From Candidatus Collierbacteria bacterium GW2011_GWA2_42_17 (GTDB lineage Bacteria > Patescibacteriota > Microgenomatia > UBA1400 > MFAQ01): 48,677 nucleotides of DNA. The notes beneath the pieces are model-generated. The model was not told the origin of the DNA. It made no database searches and worked only from the letters and a program-made list of their open reading frames with translations. The stretch is taken from the NCBI GenBank assembly GCA_000998275.1, contig LCDA01000006.1, positions 1 to 48,677 on the forward strand. Direction: 5' to 3'. Made by a program: the position numbers and the translations under genes. Shown piece after piece: positions 1 to 8,888 of the stretch (within the stretch, counting starts at the first letter, position 1; the number at the start of each line of letters is the position of its first letter).

Positions 1-1653
1 CAGTTGGCCGATCTGGATACCAAATACCAAAAGGTTCGCTGGACTTTTATTATTCCTGTCGTTGGCAACTACACCAGAGACGGCCAGCATGCTCTTAACG
101 CCGGCAAGTCTTTGATAAAGTCCCTCGACACCCTCATTGTCTCCGTTTCTCCTTATGCCGATCTCCTTGGCTTTAAAACCGATGAGGCGACCCCTTCCGG
201 TCAAACACCCAAAGTTCAATCCATTGAAGACCGAATTGTTTATATGGCTCAGACTCTGGATCTTATTAGTCCCGATCTGGACAAAATCGGTGCCGACATG
301 GCCGAAGCCCAAAAAGAACTGGACATGATCAAAGACGGTCGTTATCCCGTAAAACTCTTCGGAAAAGAAATTCGCAGTAAGATCACAGCCATCAAATCGA
401 CTGTTTCTGAGTCTGCCCAGCTTTTAACACAAGCCAAACCTCTTATTAAATTACTTCCGGACCTTCTCGGTAATCCCAATGCCAAAACCTACATGATTCT
501 TTTCCAAAACGACGCCGAGTTACGACCAACTGGAGGCTTTATGACCGCCTACGCTTTTATGAAAGTTACCAAGGGCAAGATCGATCTCCTAAGTTCTTAC
601 GATATCTATGATCTTGATGCCCGTTTCAATAAAAGAGTTCCTGCTCCCGATGCCATTAAAAAATATCTCAACGAGACATACCTCAACTTAAGAAACTCCA
701 ACATGTCTCCCGACTTCAAGGTTTCTATGGATACTTTTTCCAAGTACTACAACGACATTCCCGGAATGATTAGACCCGACGGCATTATTGCCATCGACAC
801 TCAGCTCCCGGTCGAGATCTTAAAAGTCATCGGCCCCATCGGCGTTGGTGGTTGGGGAAATTTTAGTGCCAACAATGACCCACGTTGCGACTGTCCCCAG
901 GTTGTTTATGCTCTCGAAGAAATTGCCGATCGTCCCACCAACAAGATAGTCACCGGTCGTAAAGCCGTTCTTGGACCTCTTATGCACTCTATGATGGCTA
1001 ATGCCATGGGCAGTCCCAAACACCTCTGGCCCAAACTTCTCAATGTTGCTTTCGACGCCATCAAACAAAAACACCTACTATTTTATTTCTTTGAAGAAAA
1101 AACTCAGATCGTTGCCGAAGACTTTAACGCCGCCGGCAGGATTACTCCAACAGCCTACGACTATCTTCACATCAATGATGCCAATCTCGGTGGAGCCAAA
1201 ACCGATATGTTCATTACCCGTGAGGTAGAACAGGAAATCACCGTTGAAGGAAGCACCGTCACCAAAACAGTCAGTATTAGCTACCACAATCCTTACAAAG
1301 GTAGTAACTGTAATCTGGAAGCCGGACAGCTCTGTTTAAATGGTACTTACCGCGATTACATCCGTCTTTTGGTTCCCAAAGGAAGTACTCTCATCTCCGT
1401 TGTCGGTTCCGAAGTCAAAGAAATAGTTTCCGAAGACTTAGACAAAACTGTTTTTGAAGCCTTCTTTACTATGCGTCCCGAAAGTCAAAGTAAGATTGTT
1501 TTCAAATACACCCTCCCCGCAATGGACCTGACCACTTATCGTTTGTTACTCCAAAAACAACCCGGTACCCCAGCCATCAAACACACCATCATTTTCAATG
1601 GCACCGAGACCGTGGTTCAGTTGGATCAAGACAGGGAACTGGTTCTAAACTAA
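1..1653 (+). CDS. DUF4012 domain protein (5' end cut by the window)
   Basis: The reading frame is open through nt 1. It contains the LRPTGGFMTAYA motif and the overall layout I associate with DUF4012. The N-terminal membrane anchor expected for this family is absent, so the gene is probably truncated by the window edge. Confidence 0.75.
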   Translation, partial: QLADLDTKYQKVRWTFIIPVVGNYTRDGQHALNAGKSLIKSLDTLIVSVSPYADLLGFKTDEATPSGQTPKVQSIEDRIVYMAQTLDLISPDLDKIGADMAEAQKELDMIKDGRYPVKLFGKEIRSKITAIKSTVSESAQLLTQAKPLIKLLPDLLGNPNAKTYMILFQNDAELRPTGGFMTAYAFMKVTKGKIDLLSSYDIYDLDARFNKRVPAPDAIKKYLNETYLNLRNSNMSPDFKVSMDTFSKYYNDIPGMIRPDGIIAIDTQLPVEILKVIGPIGVGGWGNFSANNDPRCDCPQVVYALEEIADRPTNKIVTGRKAVLGPLMHSMMANAMGSPKHLWPKLLNVAFDAIKQKHLLFYFFEEKTQIVAEDFNAAGRITPTAYDYLHINDANLGGAKTDMFITREVEQEITVEGSTVTKTVSISYHNPYKGSNCNLEAGQLCLNGTYRDYIRLLVPKGSTLISVVGSEVKEIVSEDLDKTVFEAFFTMRPESQSKIVFKYTLPAMDLTTYRLLLQKQPGTPAIKHTIIFNGTETVVQLDQDRELVLN

Positions 1654-1656
1654 AAA

Positions 1657-2196
1657 ATGAGAGCGTCATTTTCTGATACCGGGATTATTGTGAGATCCGT
1701 TGACTCCGGTGAGGCAGACAAATTTGTTTCGATAATTACCCAAAATCACGGTTTACAAGACTTTATTGCCAGAGGTGCTAGACGTCTCACTTCCAAGAAA
1801 GCTCCTCATCTTGATCTTTTCAATCTGGTCAAGTTTCAAAGTGGTAGGGGAGAGCATCCTCATTTTTTGGATCAAGTCGAGTCGACATCGTACTTCCCGG
1901 AAATCAAAAAAGACTTTGCCAAAGTTGGTCTCTGTCTCACCATCGTCGAAATTCTCACCAACACTCTCCCCATTGAAGTCGAAGATCGGGAAATCTTCCT
2001 TTCCCTCAAGTCCTTTCTAGAAGCCGTTGAAAAGTCGGACTCCCCAAAAGAAAATAATCGACTCGGTCGAAAATTTGGTCTCTTTTTACTTCGTCACCTT
2101 GGCTACCCTCTTCCCAAACTTCCCCAATCCGCCAAACTCACCACCTATTTTGAGTCCATCATGAGCAAAAAACTGATTGGACCACTAATAAAGTAG
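1657..2196 (+). CDS. recO: DNA repair protein RecO (short form)
   Basis: The N-terminal OB-fold-like segment GIIVRSVDSGEADKFVSIIT and the helical middle region are typical of RecO. At 179 aa it lacks the C-terminal Zn-finger part. Confidence 0.65.
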   Translation: MRASFSDTGIIVRSVDSGEADKFVSIITQNHGLQDFIARGARRLTSKKAPHLDLFNLVKFQSGRGEHPHFLDQVESTSYFPEIKKDFAKVGLCLTIVEILTNTLPIEVEDREIFLSLKSFLEAVEKSDSPKENNRLGRKFGLFLLRHLGYPLPKLPQSAKLTTYFESIMSKKLIGPLIK

Positions 2197-2229
2197 CAAA
2201 CTTGACGGCAAGTCTCAGTTCTTGCAATA

Positions 2230-3096
2230 ATGAGAGGTCATATGAAAATAAAAAACCCCCTAATTATTATTCTTCCCGTCATTATTCTCGTTGTCGCGTT
2301 TCTTTTAATTTTCGTTTTTAACAAAAAAACCACCACCGATCAGACATCCGACATCGAAGTCGGTACCAAACTTTTGGTCAATGAACTACCTCTGGCTGAC
2401 AGACCCTTCACTCTTCTTGTTCCCCATGCAACCAACAGACTGTTTACTTTCGTGACCATCAATGCCAACAAAGCCAAAGCCGCCACTCTAGACCTTGAGT
2501 ATCAGTCCGGAGACTTGCTCAAAGGCGCCAGGGCCACACTCGAAACCCCCATTGTCAGCCCTTATATGAAAGCCATCATTCTTGGCAGTTGTTCTACCGG
2601 GGGTAAGTGTTCATTTGACAAAGATCTAAAATCCGGCACTCTCAAGTTCAAATTAAACTTCGAAGGCCAAAAAGTTACCCACATCCTCAAAGGAGATTTT
2701 GCTTTTGTCACCGGCCAGAACAACCTACCCGACGGCAAGGTTATCTTTGCTCCTTCCAAGGCCACCGCAAGTGACAATCTCATCCTTCTAAACTCTTTTG
2801 GTTTACCCAAAGCAGTCGACAAAGAGATTGTTCTTTATCCCATCGTTATCTCCGCTGTTGGCAGCAAAAACATCGTCGGTACTCTCACCATCAATCAGTC
2901 AGGTGTCACTAGCGCCGAAATTTTCGACGGTCAAAACTATCTACCATTAACCTACACCGAAAAAGCTGGTTCACTAACGATAACGCTAAACAATAAACCC
3001 TGGTTTATGAACGCCGAGATCACAAGAGACGATGAAAAGGGCACCAAAGAATCTCTCAACCTCTATCTTCTTGGCCCCATCGTTCTCTATAAGTAA
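2230..3096 (+). CDS. hypothetical membrane-anchored, beta-rich protein
   Basis: Long ORF with an N-terminal hydrophobic anchor (LIIILPVIILVVAFLLIFVF). The second ATG at 2242, preceded by AGAGG, is a plausible true start. I recognise no family. Confidence 0.6.
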   Translation: MRGHMKIKNPLIIILPVIILVVAFLLIFVFNKKTTTDQTSDIEVGTKLLVNELPLADRPFTLLVPHATNRLFTFVTINANKAKAATLDLEYQSGDLLKGARATLETPIVSPYMKAIILGSCSTGGKCSFDKDLKSGTLKFKLNFEGQKVTHILKGDFAFVTGQNNLPDGKVIFAPSKATASDNLILLNSFGLPKAVDKEIVLYPIVISAVGSKNIVGTLTINQSGVTSAEIFDGQNYLPLTYTEKAGSLTITLNNKPWFMNAEITRDDEKGTKESLNLYLLGPIVLYK

Positions 3097-3139
3097 GTGT
3101 TATGCTTATAGTAGTGAGTTTGTGTTTCTTTATAATTTA

Positions 3140-3270
3140 AATAGCGTGTGGCCTCATTAATATGAGGATACGAGGAAGAAGGTTGTCGATAATCTGCGGA
3201 TGCCTTCTGGTTACGCCTTTCTAACCAAAAGGGTATAACAATACCCAAGATCGGTGATTCACAATTCACA
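3140..3270 (+). promoter_or_regulatory. glmS leader: glmS ribozyme (GlcN6P-responsive self-cleaving leader)
   Basis: AGCG at 3143-3146. P1 hairpin CCUCAU/AUGAGG at 3152-3167. Core ACGAGGAAGAAGGUUGUCGAUAAUCUGCGGAUGCCUUCUGG at 3170-3210 closely matches the canonical glmS core. Distal hairpin GGGUAU-AACA-AUACCC at 3231-3246. It lies immediately upstream of glmS, and a TATAAT at 3131-3136 would start transcription at its 5' end. Confidence 0.85.
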
Positions 3271-3296
3271 CAATTATTATTTGCTATGCAAAGCCT

Positions 3297-5021
3297 ATGT
3301 GTGGAATCGTTGGATACCTCAGTCATGAGGAAAAACCAGTTGTCTCAATTTATCAGGGTCTAAAAAAATTAGAGTATCGAGGATACGATAGTTGGGGAAT
3401 TGTGTATTTAAAAAACAAGCGGCTGGTAGCCATAAAAGAGATCGGGAAACTTAAGTCAGAACCGACAAATCTTCCCGAGTCGGTACTGGCACTGGGTCAC
3501 ACTCGTTGGGCGACTCACGGAGGAATTACTAAGGCAAACTCTCACCCCCAGTTCGACTGCACCGGCAATATTGCTTTGGTTCATAACGGCATAATTGAAA
3601 ATTATTACCTTCTAAAAAAAGAATTAACTCAAAGAAAACATAAAATTGTGTCCGACACGGACACCGAGTTGGTTGCCCATTTAATTGAGGAAAAGGTGGA
3701 GAAGGGGATGACGATTGAAGAAGCGGTGAGGCAAGTATTTCGAAGATTAAAAGGCTACAACGCCCTAGTTGTTATGGACAAGATGCAAAAAAGATTATTG
3801 GCTGTCAAAACAGGGTCGCCCCTTATCCTTGGCCTTAGTAAGAAAGCAAACTATATTGCCTCCGACATCAATGCCCTGGGTGAAGCGGAGGAGCTAATCA
3901 TTCTTCTGGACGGTGAGTTGGCCGAAATCAGCGAAAACGGTGTCCGGGTAATAAACGTCAGTGACGGCAGAGAAATTCCCAAACAAAGAATAAAAATGGT
4001 AGAAATAGAAAAGGAAAGCGAGATGGGGGAATATCAAAGTTTTTTAGAAAAAGAAATTAACGAACAGCCCCAAGTTCTGGAAAGAATTGTCCAAGAAGAC
4101 GGAGTCCAGATAAAGAAGATAATCACGTTGGCTAAGAAAATGGACAAAGTGATTCTGGTTGGTTGCGGAACCTCATACTTCGCCGGATTGGTTGCCACCG
4201 AAAAGCTAATTAAAAAACTTGGTAAATGGGTGATCACTGTCTTAGCCTCCGAGTTTGATACCTATGTCAATCTTCTTGATGAAAAAACATTAATCATTGT
4301 CCTAACACAATCGGGTGAAACAATCGATGTACTAGACGCCATCATCAAGGCCAAACAAAAAGGAGCCACTATTACTTCGGTTGTGAATGCTCCCTACTCC
4401 AGCGTACAAAGAGTCTCGGATGTTTGTCAGATGCTTTCTTGTGGTATGGAAAAATGTGTGGCCTCCACGAAATCATTCGTTGCCCAAATGGCGGTTTTTG
4501 ATATAGCTCTCGGGATTGATTTAAATCAAAGAATCAAAAATATTAAATGGATTCTTAAAAACAAAAATAAGATTAATCCTCTAGCAAAGATGATCAGCCA
4601 GAAACAACACCTCTTTATCTTAGGGAGGGGCAAAATGTTACCCATCGCCCTGGAGGGAGCCTTAAAAATAAAAGAACTTAGCTATATCCATGCTGAAGGA
4701 ATGGCCGGGGGTGAACTTAAACACGGAACCCTTGCCCTCATCGATAAAGATAGTATTTGTATTGTCCTTGTCTCAAAGGAAAATACCAACGAAATGCTGG
4801 CTTCCGGTTTAGAAGTAAAAGCCAGGGGAGCCACGGTAATTGGTATTGCTCAAAGAAAAGAAAATGTTTTTGATGAATTTTTACCCATCAGGGGAAAAGA
4901 AGACGATGAACAAACAGAAGCCGTAGTTTGGTTACAACTACTGGCGGAGAAAATTTGTGATCTAAAACGTCTCGATCCGGACAAACCAAGAAATCTAGCC
5001 AAAAGCGTTACAGTCAAATAA
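3297..5021 (+). CDS. glmS: glutamine--fructose-6-phosphate aminotransferase
   Basis: N-terminal MCGIVGY (catalytic Cys after Met), a class-II amidotransferase domain, two SIS domains, and a C-terminal KSVTVK-type end. Confidence 0.97.
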   Translation: MCGIVGYLSHEEKPVVSIYQGLKKLEYRGYDSWGIVYLKNKRLVAIKEIGKLKSEPTNLPESVLALGHTRWATHGGITKANSHPQFDCTGNIALVHNGIIENYYLLKKELTQRKHKIVSDTDTELVAHLIEEKVEKGMTIEEAVRQVFRRLKGYNALVVMDKMQKRLLAVKTGSPLILGLSKKANYIASDINALGEAEELIILLDGELAEISENGVRVINVSDGREIPKQRIKMVEIEKESEMGEYQSFLEKEINEQPQVLERIVQEDGVQIKKIITLAKKMDKVILVGCGTSYFAGLVATEKLIKKLGKWVITVLASEFDTYVNLLDEKTLIIVLTQSGETIDVLDAIIKAKQKGATITSVVNAPYSSVQRVSDVCQMLSCGMEKCVASTKSFVAQMAVFDIALGIDLNQRIKNIKWILKNKNKINPLAKMISQKQHLFILGRGKMLPIALEGALKIKELSYIHAEGMAGGELKHGTLALIDKDSICIVLVSKENTNEMLASGLEVKARGATVIGIAQRKENVFDEFLPIRGKEDDEQTEAVVWLQLLAEKICDLKRLDPDKPRNLAKSVTVK

Positions 5022-5084
5022 TCCGAACCTAACCCTACCTTTTGAGTTTATGTTTTGTGTTTTCACACCCCCTTTACACACCCC

Positions 5085-5113
5085 TTGACATCATATATAT
5101 TGTGTAGCATACT
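5085..5113 (+). promoter_or_regulatory. sigma70-like promoter of the mraZ/dcw operon
   Basis: TTGACA at 5085-5090, a 17-nt spacer, then CATACT at 5108-5113, about 65 nt upstream of the mraZ ATG. Confidence 0.5.
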
Positions 5114-5117
5114 GGAA

Positions 5118-5135
5118 AGTGGTGATGAGTGGTGA
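5118..5135 (+). promoter_or_regulatory. tandem AGTGGTGA direct repeats (MraZ-operator-like)
   Basis: AGTGGTGA occurs at 5118-5125 and 5128-5135, exactly 10 nt apart, just downstream of the -10 element. The first copy reads AAAGTGG, like reported MraZ boxes. Confidence 0.4.
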
Positions 5136-5177
5136 AGTATCCTATATACCCCATTCTGAAGCCTGCCAATATGAATT

Positions 5178-5609
5178 ATGTTTACTGGACGCTACTACCA
5201 CAATCTAGAAGCCAAGGGGAGACTAGCAATACCCCAGTCCTTCAGGGCCGAACTCGGATCAGGTGGCGTCATCACCTGGGGGCTCGATGGCTGTCTATTT
5301 CTTTTTCCCAAATCATACTGGCAGAAGCTTTCCGAGAAGCTGGCCTCGCTCTCACTAACCAATCAGGGAGCCCGAAACTTGACGCGTATCTTAGTACAGT
5401 CCGCCGTGGAATTGAATCTCGACGGTCAGGGTCGGACACTCATACCGGAACATCTCAGAGAACAGGTCAATATAAAAAAACAGGTGGTAGTCGCCGGAAC
5501 CCTTACCAGAATTGAAATCTGGGACAGAGACGCCTATCACGAGCACCTTGATTTAATAGCGCAAACGATTAACCAAGCCGACCAAGGCTTAGCCGGAATC
5601 GAACTATGA
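5178..5609 (+). CDS. mraZ: transcriptional regulator MraZ
   Basis: MFTGRYYHNLEAKGRLAIPQSFR and a second SpoVT/AbrB-like repeat (LDGQGRTLIPEHLR). First gene of the dcw cluster. Confidence 0.95.
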   Translation: MFTGRYYHNLEAKGRLAIPQSFRAELGSGGVITWGLDGCLFLFPKSYWQKLSEKLASLSLTNQGARNLTRILVQSAVELNLDGQGRTLIPEHLREQVNIKKQVVVAGTLTRIEIWDRDAYHEHLDLIAQTINQADQGLAGIEL

Positions 5610-6541
5610 AAAACGGAATCGAAAGACACTACTCGGCCTACAAAGGTGAGTTAACCAAACTCTACGGTTTTAAGAAGGGCTATCTCTTCTTAGACCTTAC
5701 CCTAGGGGACGGTGGACATACCCAGGAAGCCTTAGAAGCCGGTTGTCGTGTTGTTTCCTTTGACATCGATGATGAGGCCATTAAAAGGGCAGTAAACTTC
5801 GTCCCCGAAAAGTTCTCCCCCCAAATTATCGAACCGGAAAATACTTCGAAACCAATAACTAGAGACTTTAACTGGATTATCATTCACAGTAATTTTACGA
5901 AAGTAGAAGAGATTGTTAAAAAGTTAGAACTTCCTCTCTTTGACGGCATCATGGTCGACCTCGGACCTTCTCAGTATCAGGTTCTTTCTCCCGACCGCGG
6001 CTTTAGCTTTGCCGAAGACACTCCTTTAGATATGCGTCTCACTAAAGATCTGGGCGTTACCGCCGCCGATCTTCTCGCTGTCCTCAATGAAGGTGAACTG
6101 GCTGAGTTATTTACCCTGGGAGACGAACCCTTTGCCAAGCCCTTGGCCCGTATTATTGTCAAGCAAAGAACCATTAATCCGATAAAAACCACTAAACAAC
6201 TCGCTGACCTGGTTTTTAAAGTCAAAAAAGGTCGCTCAGGCAGAATCCATCCGGCCACCCAAGTCTTTATGGCTCTCCGTATGGTCGTCAATCTTGAACG
6301 GGAAAACATCAATCTGCTATTGCCCCAGCTACCTCATCTTCTCAAAAAAGACGGCATTATGGGTGTAATAAGCTTCCACTCCGGTGAAGACAAGTTGATT
6401 AAAGACTTCATCAACGGTGAAATTGGAAAAAACAATTTAAGCGCTATTAACGAAAAACCGATTGTTCCTTCGACATCTGAATTATTAATCAGTCCTAGAA
6501 CTAGAAGTGCCAAACTTAGACTCGCTAAAAAAACTAATTAA
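5606..6541 (+). CDS. rsmH: 16S rRNA (cytosine1402-N4)-methyltransferase
   Basis: DLTLGDGGHT motif and SFHSGEDKLIK motif. ATGA start/stop overlap with mraZ. Confidence 0.95.
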   Translation: MKNGIERHYSAYKGELTKLYGFKKGYLFLDLTLGDGGHTQEALEAGCRVVSFDIDDEAIKRAVNFVPEKFSPQIIEPENTSKPITRDFNWIIIHSNFTKVEEIVKKLELPLFDGIMVDLGPSQYQVLSPDRGFSFAEDTPLDMRLTKDLGVTAADLLAVLNEGELAELFTLGDEPFAKPLARIIVKQRTINPIKTTKQLADLVFKVKKGRSGRIHPATQVFMALRMVVNLERENINLLLPQLPHLLKKDGIMGVISFHSGEDKLIKDFINGEIGKNNLSAINEKPIVPSTSELLISPRTRSAKLRLAKKTN

Positions 6542-6815
6542 CTACAAAACCGCGTTCACCATTACCGCGATGGTTTTTATTGGTCTCGCTGTTACCAATC
6601 TCATCGGTACCAACGCACTCTCCACCGAAGGCATCGCCGTTAGTGAAGCCGAAACTCAAACTCTAAAACTGGAAAAAGAAAATCAAATTATTTCTGTTAA
6701 GATCGAAGAAGCCTCCCAGCTAAAAAATATTGAAGTACTGGCCGAGAATCGAGGGTTCATAAGATCAAAAAACATTGTCTTTGTGCCCACCGCTCCGACC
6801 TTTGCCCAAAGATAA
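6507..6815 (+). CDS. ftsL: FtsL/DivIC-like cell division protein
   Basis: A single TM (AFTITAMVFIGLAVTNLIG) followed by a coiled-coil segment, in the canonical position between rsmH and ftsI. GTG start that overlaps rsmH by 35 nt; the start is uncertain. Confidence 0.6.
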   Translation: MPNLDSLKKLINYKTAFTITAMVFIGLAVTNLIGTNALSTEGIAVSEAETQTLKLEKENQIISVKIEEASQLKNIEVLAENRGFIRSKNIVFVPTAPTFAQR

Positions 6816-6818
6816 TCG

Positions 6819-8495
6819 ATGCTAAACTCACAGGGTAATCTCATCCAGAAACGACTCAAGACAATCATTTTCTTAATCCCTATTCTTTGTTTGATAATTA
6901 TCGGACGCTTATTCTACTGGCAGATCATTCGCGGCCCGGAACTACAAACTAAAGCCAGCAATCAACACGAGACCACCACCTATTTAGAAGCCAAAAGAGG
7001 CAACATTCTTGATTTTGAAGGCAACATTCTTGCGGGAACTAAAAATCTTTACCATCTTTTCGTTTACAAACCCCAGCTAACCATAGGTAACAACGATTTA
7101 ATTGAAAAACTAATCGAAAACCTGGACAAGGAGCCGGAAGCAACTGACGAACCGGATATTAGAGAGTACCTCAAGAGTCGTCTGGCTTTGGACTCAAACT
7201 GGGTTTCTCTCAAACACTACCTCACCCCCGATGCCAAAGATCGGATTGAAAAACTAGGTATTGCCGGACTTGGGTTTGAAGATGAGTATGTTCGTTTCTA
7301 CCCTGAAGCCAGTATGTCAGCGCATCTCTTGGGCTTTGTCGGACAAGATGCCGCCGGAGAAGAGCAGGGCTATTTTGGACTGGAGGGTTACCAAGACAGG
7401 CTTTTGCGTGGTCGGGGAGGCAAGGTCAGAACCGAAAAGGATGCCAAAGGCAATCCTATCTTAATCGGCAACTATCAGTTTCTTCATGCCATTGAAGGCA
7501 AACCAATTACCACCACGATTAGCAAAAAAATTCAGTACCTTACCGAAAAAATGCTCAAAGAGGGCATCGAAAAATATCAGGCTTCTGCCGGAAACGTCGT
7601 CATCCTTGAGTCAAAAACAGGCAAGGTAAGAGCCATGGCCTCTTTCCCGAACTATGATCCGGGGAAATTTTCCGAATTTCCCAATACCAGCTACAAAAAT
7701 CCCAACGTTGCCGATCTTTTTGAACCCGGATCGGTTTTTAAGGTTTTAATTATGGCCGCCGGACTAAATGAAAAGGTGGTCGAACCGGAAACTCGGTGTG
7801 ATATCTGCGCTGGGCCATTGGTTATCGGCAAGTACGCCATCAAAACCTGGAACGAGGTCTATCACCCCAACACCACTATGACCGAGACCATTATCAACTC
7901 CGACAACACCGGTATGGTTTTTGTGGCGAGAAAACTGGGTAAAGATAAGTTTGTCGAATATCTAAAAAAATACGGTCTGGGAAAGAAAACAGATATTCAA
8001 CTGCAGGAAGAAGTGTCCGGAGTAATTCGCGAATCCAAAGACTATGGTGATATCGATCTGGCCACCAACTCTTTTGGACAGGGTATTGCCATTACCCCCA
8101 TCCAGTTGGTTGCAGCGGTAAACACTATTGCCAATGACGGTTTCTACCTCAAACCAACCATTATTGAAAATGAAGTTAGTAAAGGCAAACCTGTTCTCTC
8201 GGAAGAGGCGGTTGACGAAATAACCCAGATTATGATTCAAGCTGTTGATATGGGAGAGGCAAAATGGGCCAAGCCTCAAGGACTAGTCGTCGCCGGTAAA
8301 ACAGGCACCGCCCAAATTCCTATCGAGGGCCATTATGATGCCGAAAAAACCATTGCCAGTTTCATTGGTTTTTTCCCGGCGAATAACCCACAATACACAA
8401 TGTTGGTAACTCTTCGTGAACCTAAAACTTCACCTTGGGGATCTGAAACCGCCGCTCCACTTTGGTTTGCCATTGCCAAACAATTGCTGCTTTGA
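6819..8495 (+). CDS. ftsI: class B penicillin-binding protein (transpeptidase)
   Basis: N-terminal TM, PBP dimerisation region, and the active-site motifs SVFK, SDN and KTGT. Confidence 0.9.
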   Translation: MLNSQGNLIQKRLKTIIFLIPILCLIIIGRLFYWQIIRGPELQTKASNQHETTTYLEAKRGNILDFEGNILAGTKNLYHLFVYKPQLTIGNNDLIEKLIENLDKEPEATDEPDIREYLKSRLALDSNWVSLKHYLTPDAKDRIEKLGIAGLGFEDEYVRFYPEASMSAHLLGFVGQDAAGEEQGYFGLEGYQDRLLRGRGGKVRTEKDAKGNPILIGNYQFLHAIEGKPITTTISKKIQYLTEKMLKEGIEKYQASAGNVVILESKTGKVRAMASFPNYDPGKFSEFPNTSYKNPNVADLFEPGSVFKVLIMAAGLNEKVVEPETRCDICAGPLVIGKYAIKTWNEVYHPNTTMTETIINSDNTGMVFVARKLGKDKFVEYLKKYGLGKKTDIQLQEEVSGVIRESKDYGDIDLATNSFGQGIAITPIQLVAAVNTIANDGFYLKPTIIENEVSKGKPVLSEEAVDEITQIMIQAVDMGEAKWAKPQGLVVAGKTGTAQIPIEGHYDAEKTIASFIGFFPANNPQYTMLVTLREPKTSPWGSETAAPLWFAIAKQLLL

Positions 8496-8521
8496 CGTCA
8501 ACACTGTTAAAATATAAACAC

Positions 8522-8887
8522 ATGCAAAATCCATTTAGGATACACAGGATCAGTTTTAAACATGCTTTTGACGGTTTTGTTTACTCTGTCCGCACTCAAC
8601 CAAACTTTCGTTTCCATCTATTAGCCACGTTTGTGGTTGCCCTTCTCGGTATCTATTTCTCCATTAGCATCATTGAATGGCTTATCTTGGTCTTCACTAT
8701 CAATACTGTTCTGGCCGCCGAGATGGTCAATACTTCTATCGAAGCCATGGTCGACCTCATTACCCTTGAGCGCAGAGCCGATGCAAAGGTTGCCAAAGAT
8801 GTAGCCTCAGCCATGGTTCTTGTTTCTGCCACTCTCTCCATCATCGTTGGTTTAATAATATTTTTACCTAAAATTTTAAACTTCTAA
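8522..8887 (+). CDS. dgkA: diacylglycerol/undecaprenol kinase family protein
   Basis: FKHAFDGF, FRFHL and AAEMVNTSIEAMVD motifs of prokaryotic DAGK. I chose the ATG at 8522 rather than the TTG at 8462, which overlaps ftsI. Confidence 0.8.
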   Translation: MQNPFRIHRISFKHAFDGFVYSVRTQPNFRFHLLATFVVALLGIYFSISIIEWLILVFTINTVLAAEMVNTSIEAMVDLITLERRADAKVAKDVASAMVLVSATLSIIVGLIIFLPKILNF

Positions 8888-8888
8888 A

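Noticed and set aside
3087-3326. 79-aa minus-strand ORF in the gap upstream of glmS.
   Set aside because: It lies exactly over the glmS ribozyme and the glmS start. It has no SD and an implausible composition. The conserved RNA motifs explain the region better.
5129-5515. 128-aa plus-strand ORF overlapping mraZ in another frame.
   Set aside because: The mraZ frame gives a textbook MraZ sequence. The alternative frame is Arg/Ser/Gly-rich nonsense and would start inside the operator-like repeats.
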